Shown in pieces: positions 62,345 through 64,000 of a DNA stretch of 64,000 nucleotides. The number at the start of each line of letters is the position of its first letter. Position 1 is the first letter of the stretch. The notes under the pieces are model-generated. The model ran no database searches. It was not told the origin of the DNA and worked only from the letters and a program-made list of their open reading frames with translations. Position numbers and translations under genes: made by a program. Location: contig CAJINV010000001.1 in the NCBI GenBank assembly GCA_905178155.1, positions 2,964,265 to 3,028,264 of the forward strand. Direction: 5' to 3'. This DNA is from Amoebophrya sp. A120 (Eukaryota; Protista; Dinoflagellata).

Positions 62345-63894
62345 GGCCGCGTCTGAGACCGGTTGTACTAAGAGTCACAAGGGAAAAAGAAGTACAGAGA
62401 GGTTGAGGTTGTGGCACTTGGTTTTTGCTGGAACTTATGATGGTTTCAACTTACCGTGATTTGAAATGTTGTGTCTTGTACTCAAGAAAAGCTAGATAGT
62501 CTGTTTCGGATAAAAAGCACTTTAGAATAAGGAAATAGATCGGGGTCGAGATATAGGAACTGATGCGAGTTTCAGTTTAAGTGAAAAGCTTAAGTTCGGG
62601 CACTACTTATTCTGTTTTTGCCTTCTACTTTCGAGGAACGAAAAACGAAACTCAAACCAACAAGTGGACGATGACTGCACGAACGAAGCACAAACAAGTT
62701 CAAAGTTGGTGGACGGTACAGACATTCTCAGCTGCAAGAAACCGACACTGACTTTGTTTCATGAAGATATGCTGACCGAAATGTCCGCAGCTGCTGCACC
62801 AGAATTGAATCGACATCAAAATTTCGATTTTCTTCAACTTCAGAAACCGAGCTTTTGCTCTATAATTTGGTTGATATCTTCACGTACGCGCCTCCTGTAG
62901 AAGTACCGAGGATCATGCTAGGCTTGAGGCCGAGAAGTTGATTCATCAAGTTCACGAGTGACCGATTATGAAGTTCAAGTTTTCTCATCCTCCTGATTTT
63001 TGGGACCTCAACACAGGCTGACCGATGTCGACGAATGCTTCTGGCGGCACCCATTTCTTTGAGAACACTACACAAGCTGAAGGAGCCGGCAGAAATCATG
63101 TGCGCAGGCAAACGTGCGCGTTTAGCACTCCACGCAGCGGTGCTGCGACGTCTGCGCTAGGTCTTTTTATTTTTGCTGAAACTGGTAGTGCCACATACAA
63201 GTCAATTCTAACTCATGAACCGATTTGTCAATGCAGGAAAAGAATTAGAACAAAAAATCTCGGATATCGTGTGAAAAAGCTCAAGTGAAACAAATGCGGA
63301 GCAGTAGTACATAGCGTTGTCTAGTACAGCACTCGGCCCTTTTTTCGGCCAATCGCGAGACGGTGAAGTTCCTACGGAAAAGAAAAACTTAAACTTTTTC
63401 ATTTACATCATGAACTATTACTCTCCTTCGCGAAAAGTTAAAGTAGTACTAACTGAGTGTATAGTCAAGCATTTCATTCTGCATCATCATGTTGTTGTGG
63501 TCGTACGAGAAGTGATGCGACCTACAACAAAGCGGTTTTTCAGTTTTTTGGAAAAAAAAATTTTTGTTGGTACTGAGCACCATCATTTTAATTTTTTTTT
63601 TTTTAGCCTCCCTTTTTGCCCCTGCGGGGCTCTAAAGTGGTAAAACTCTGGGACGAGAGGAAGCTAGTGCACAAGGTGCGAAAACTATGAGGCCCCGCCA
63701 CAACATTGCGCCCCTTCAAGCCCTGAAATGGCTGCCCAATCCCTGTCCGGGCTCAAGGGCCATGATGGCTGTAAGCCGGTGGGCCAGGGCCCCGGCACTG
63801 CTGACAAGACCCGCCCACCAACGCGTCGCAACGATCGACACCGGAGATGGGCCTGTTTTAGTGAGGGAAAATGGACCATAGCATGCTGTCTAGA

Positions 63895-64000
63895 TATGAT
63901 GTTGACGGTTTTTTGGGGAATTGGAAAAATCCGAGGAAAAAATCAATGATTTGACGCCATCTCGAGGCCAAAAAATGCAGATCCCACAAAAACCGTCAAC
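63895..64000. mobile_element. Probable short TIR introner (family G) cut by the window edge
   Basis: tatgat-gttgacggttttttgggga at 63895, and the inverted tcccacaaaaaccgtcaac ending at base 64000. Confidence 0.65.

Overview
Gene-dense eukaryotic DNA. All recognisable genes (about 15) lie on the minus strand, and many encode low-complexity proteins. This pattern, plus a mix of ordinary GT-AG introns and non-canonical inverted-repeat introns, points to a dinoflagellate-lineage parasite such as Amoebophrya (inference). Recognisable genes are ALG14, PIG-L, a two-RRM nucleolar protein, two paralogous EF-hand proteins, a multi-EF-hand protein, a SPIN90/Ldb17-like protein, a PH-domain protein, a LIM protein, a CUE/UBA-like Q/M-rich protein and a probable mitoribosomal mL40. 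The main signal is 11 complete terminal-inverted-repeat (TIR) elements of 109-734 bp in 6 TIR types, plus one cut by the window edge. Each has TAY...RTA ends and a 5-bp target-site duplication (TSD). Ten sit inside coding sequence and the 734-bp one probably does. Removing the element plus one TSD copy restores the reading frame every time, yet no removal register gives GT-AG. They behave as transposon-derived introns (introners). They share an internal GCATGACAAA motif, occur in either orientation, and often come in pairs 53-60 nt apart. Coordinates were counted by hand and may be off by a base or two.
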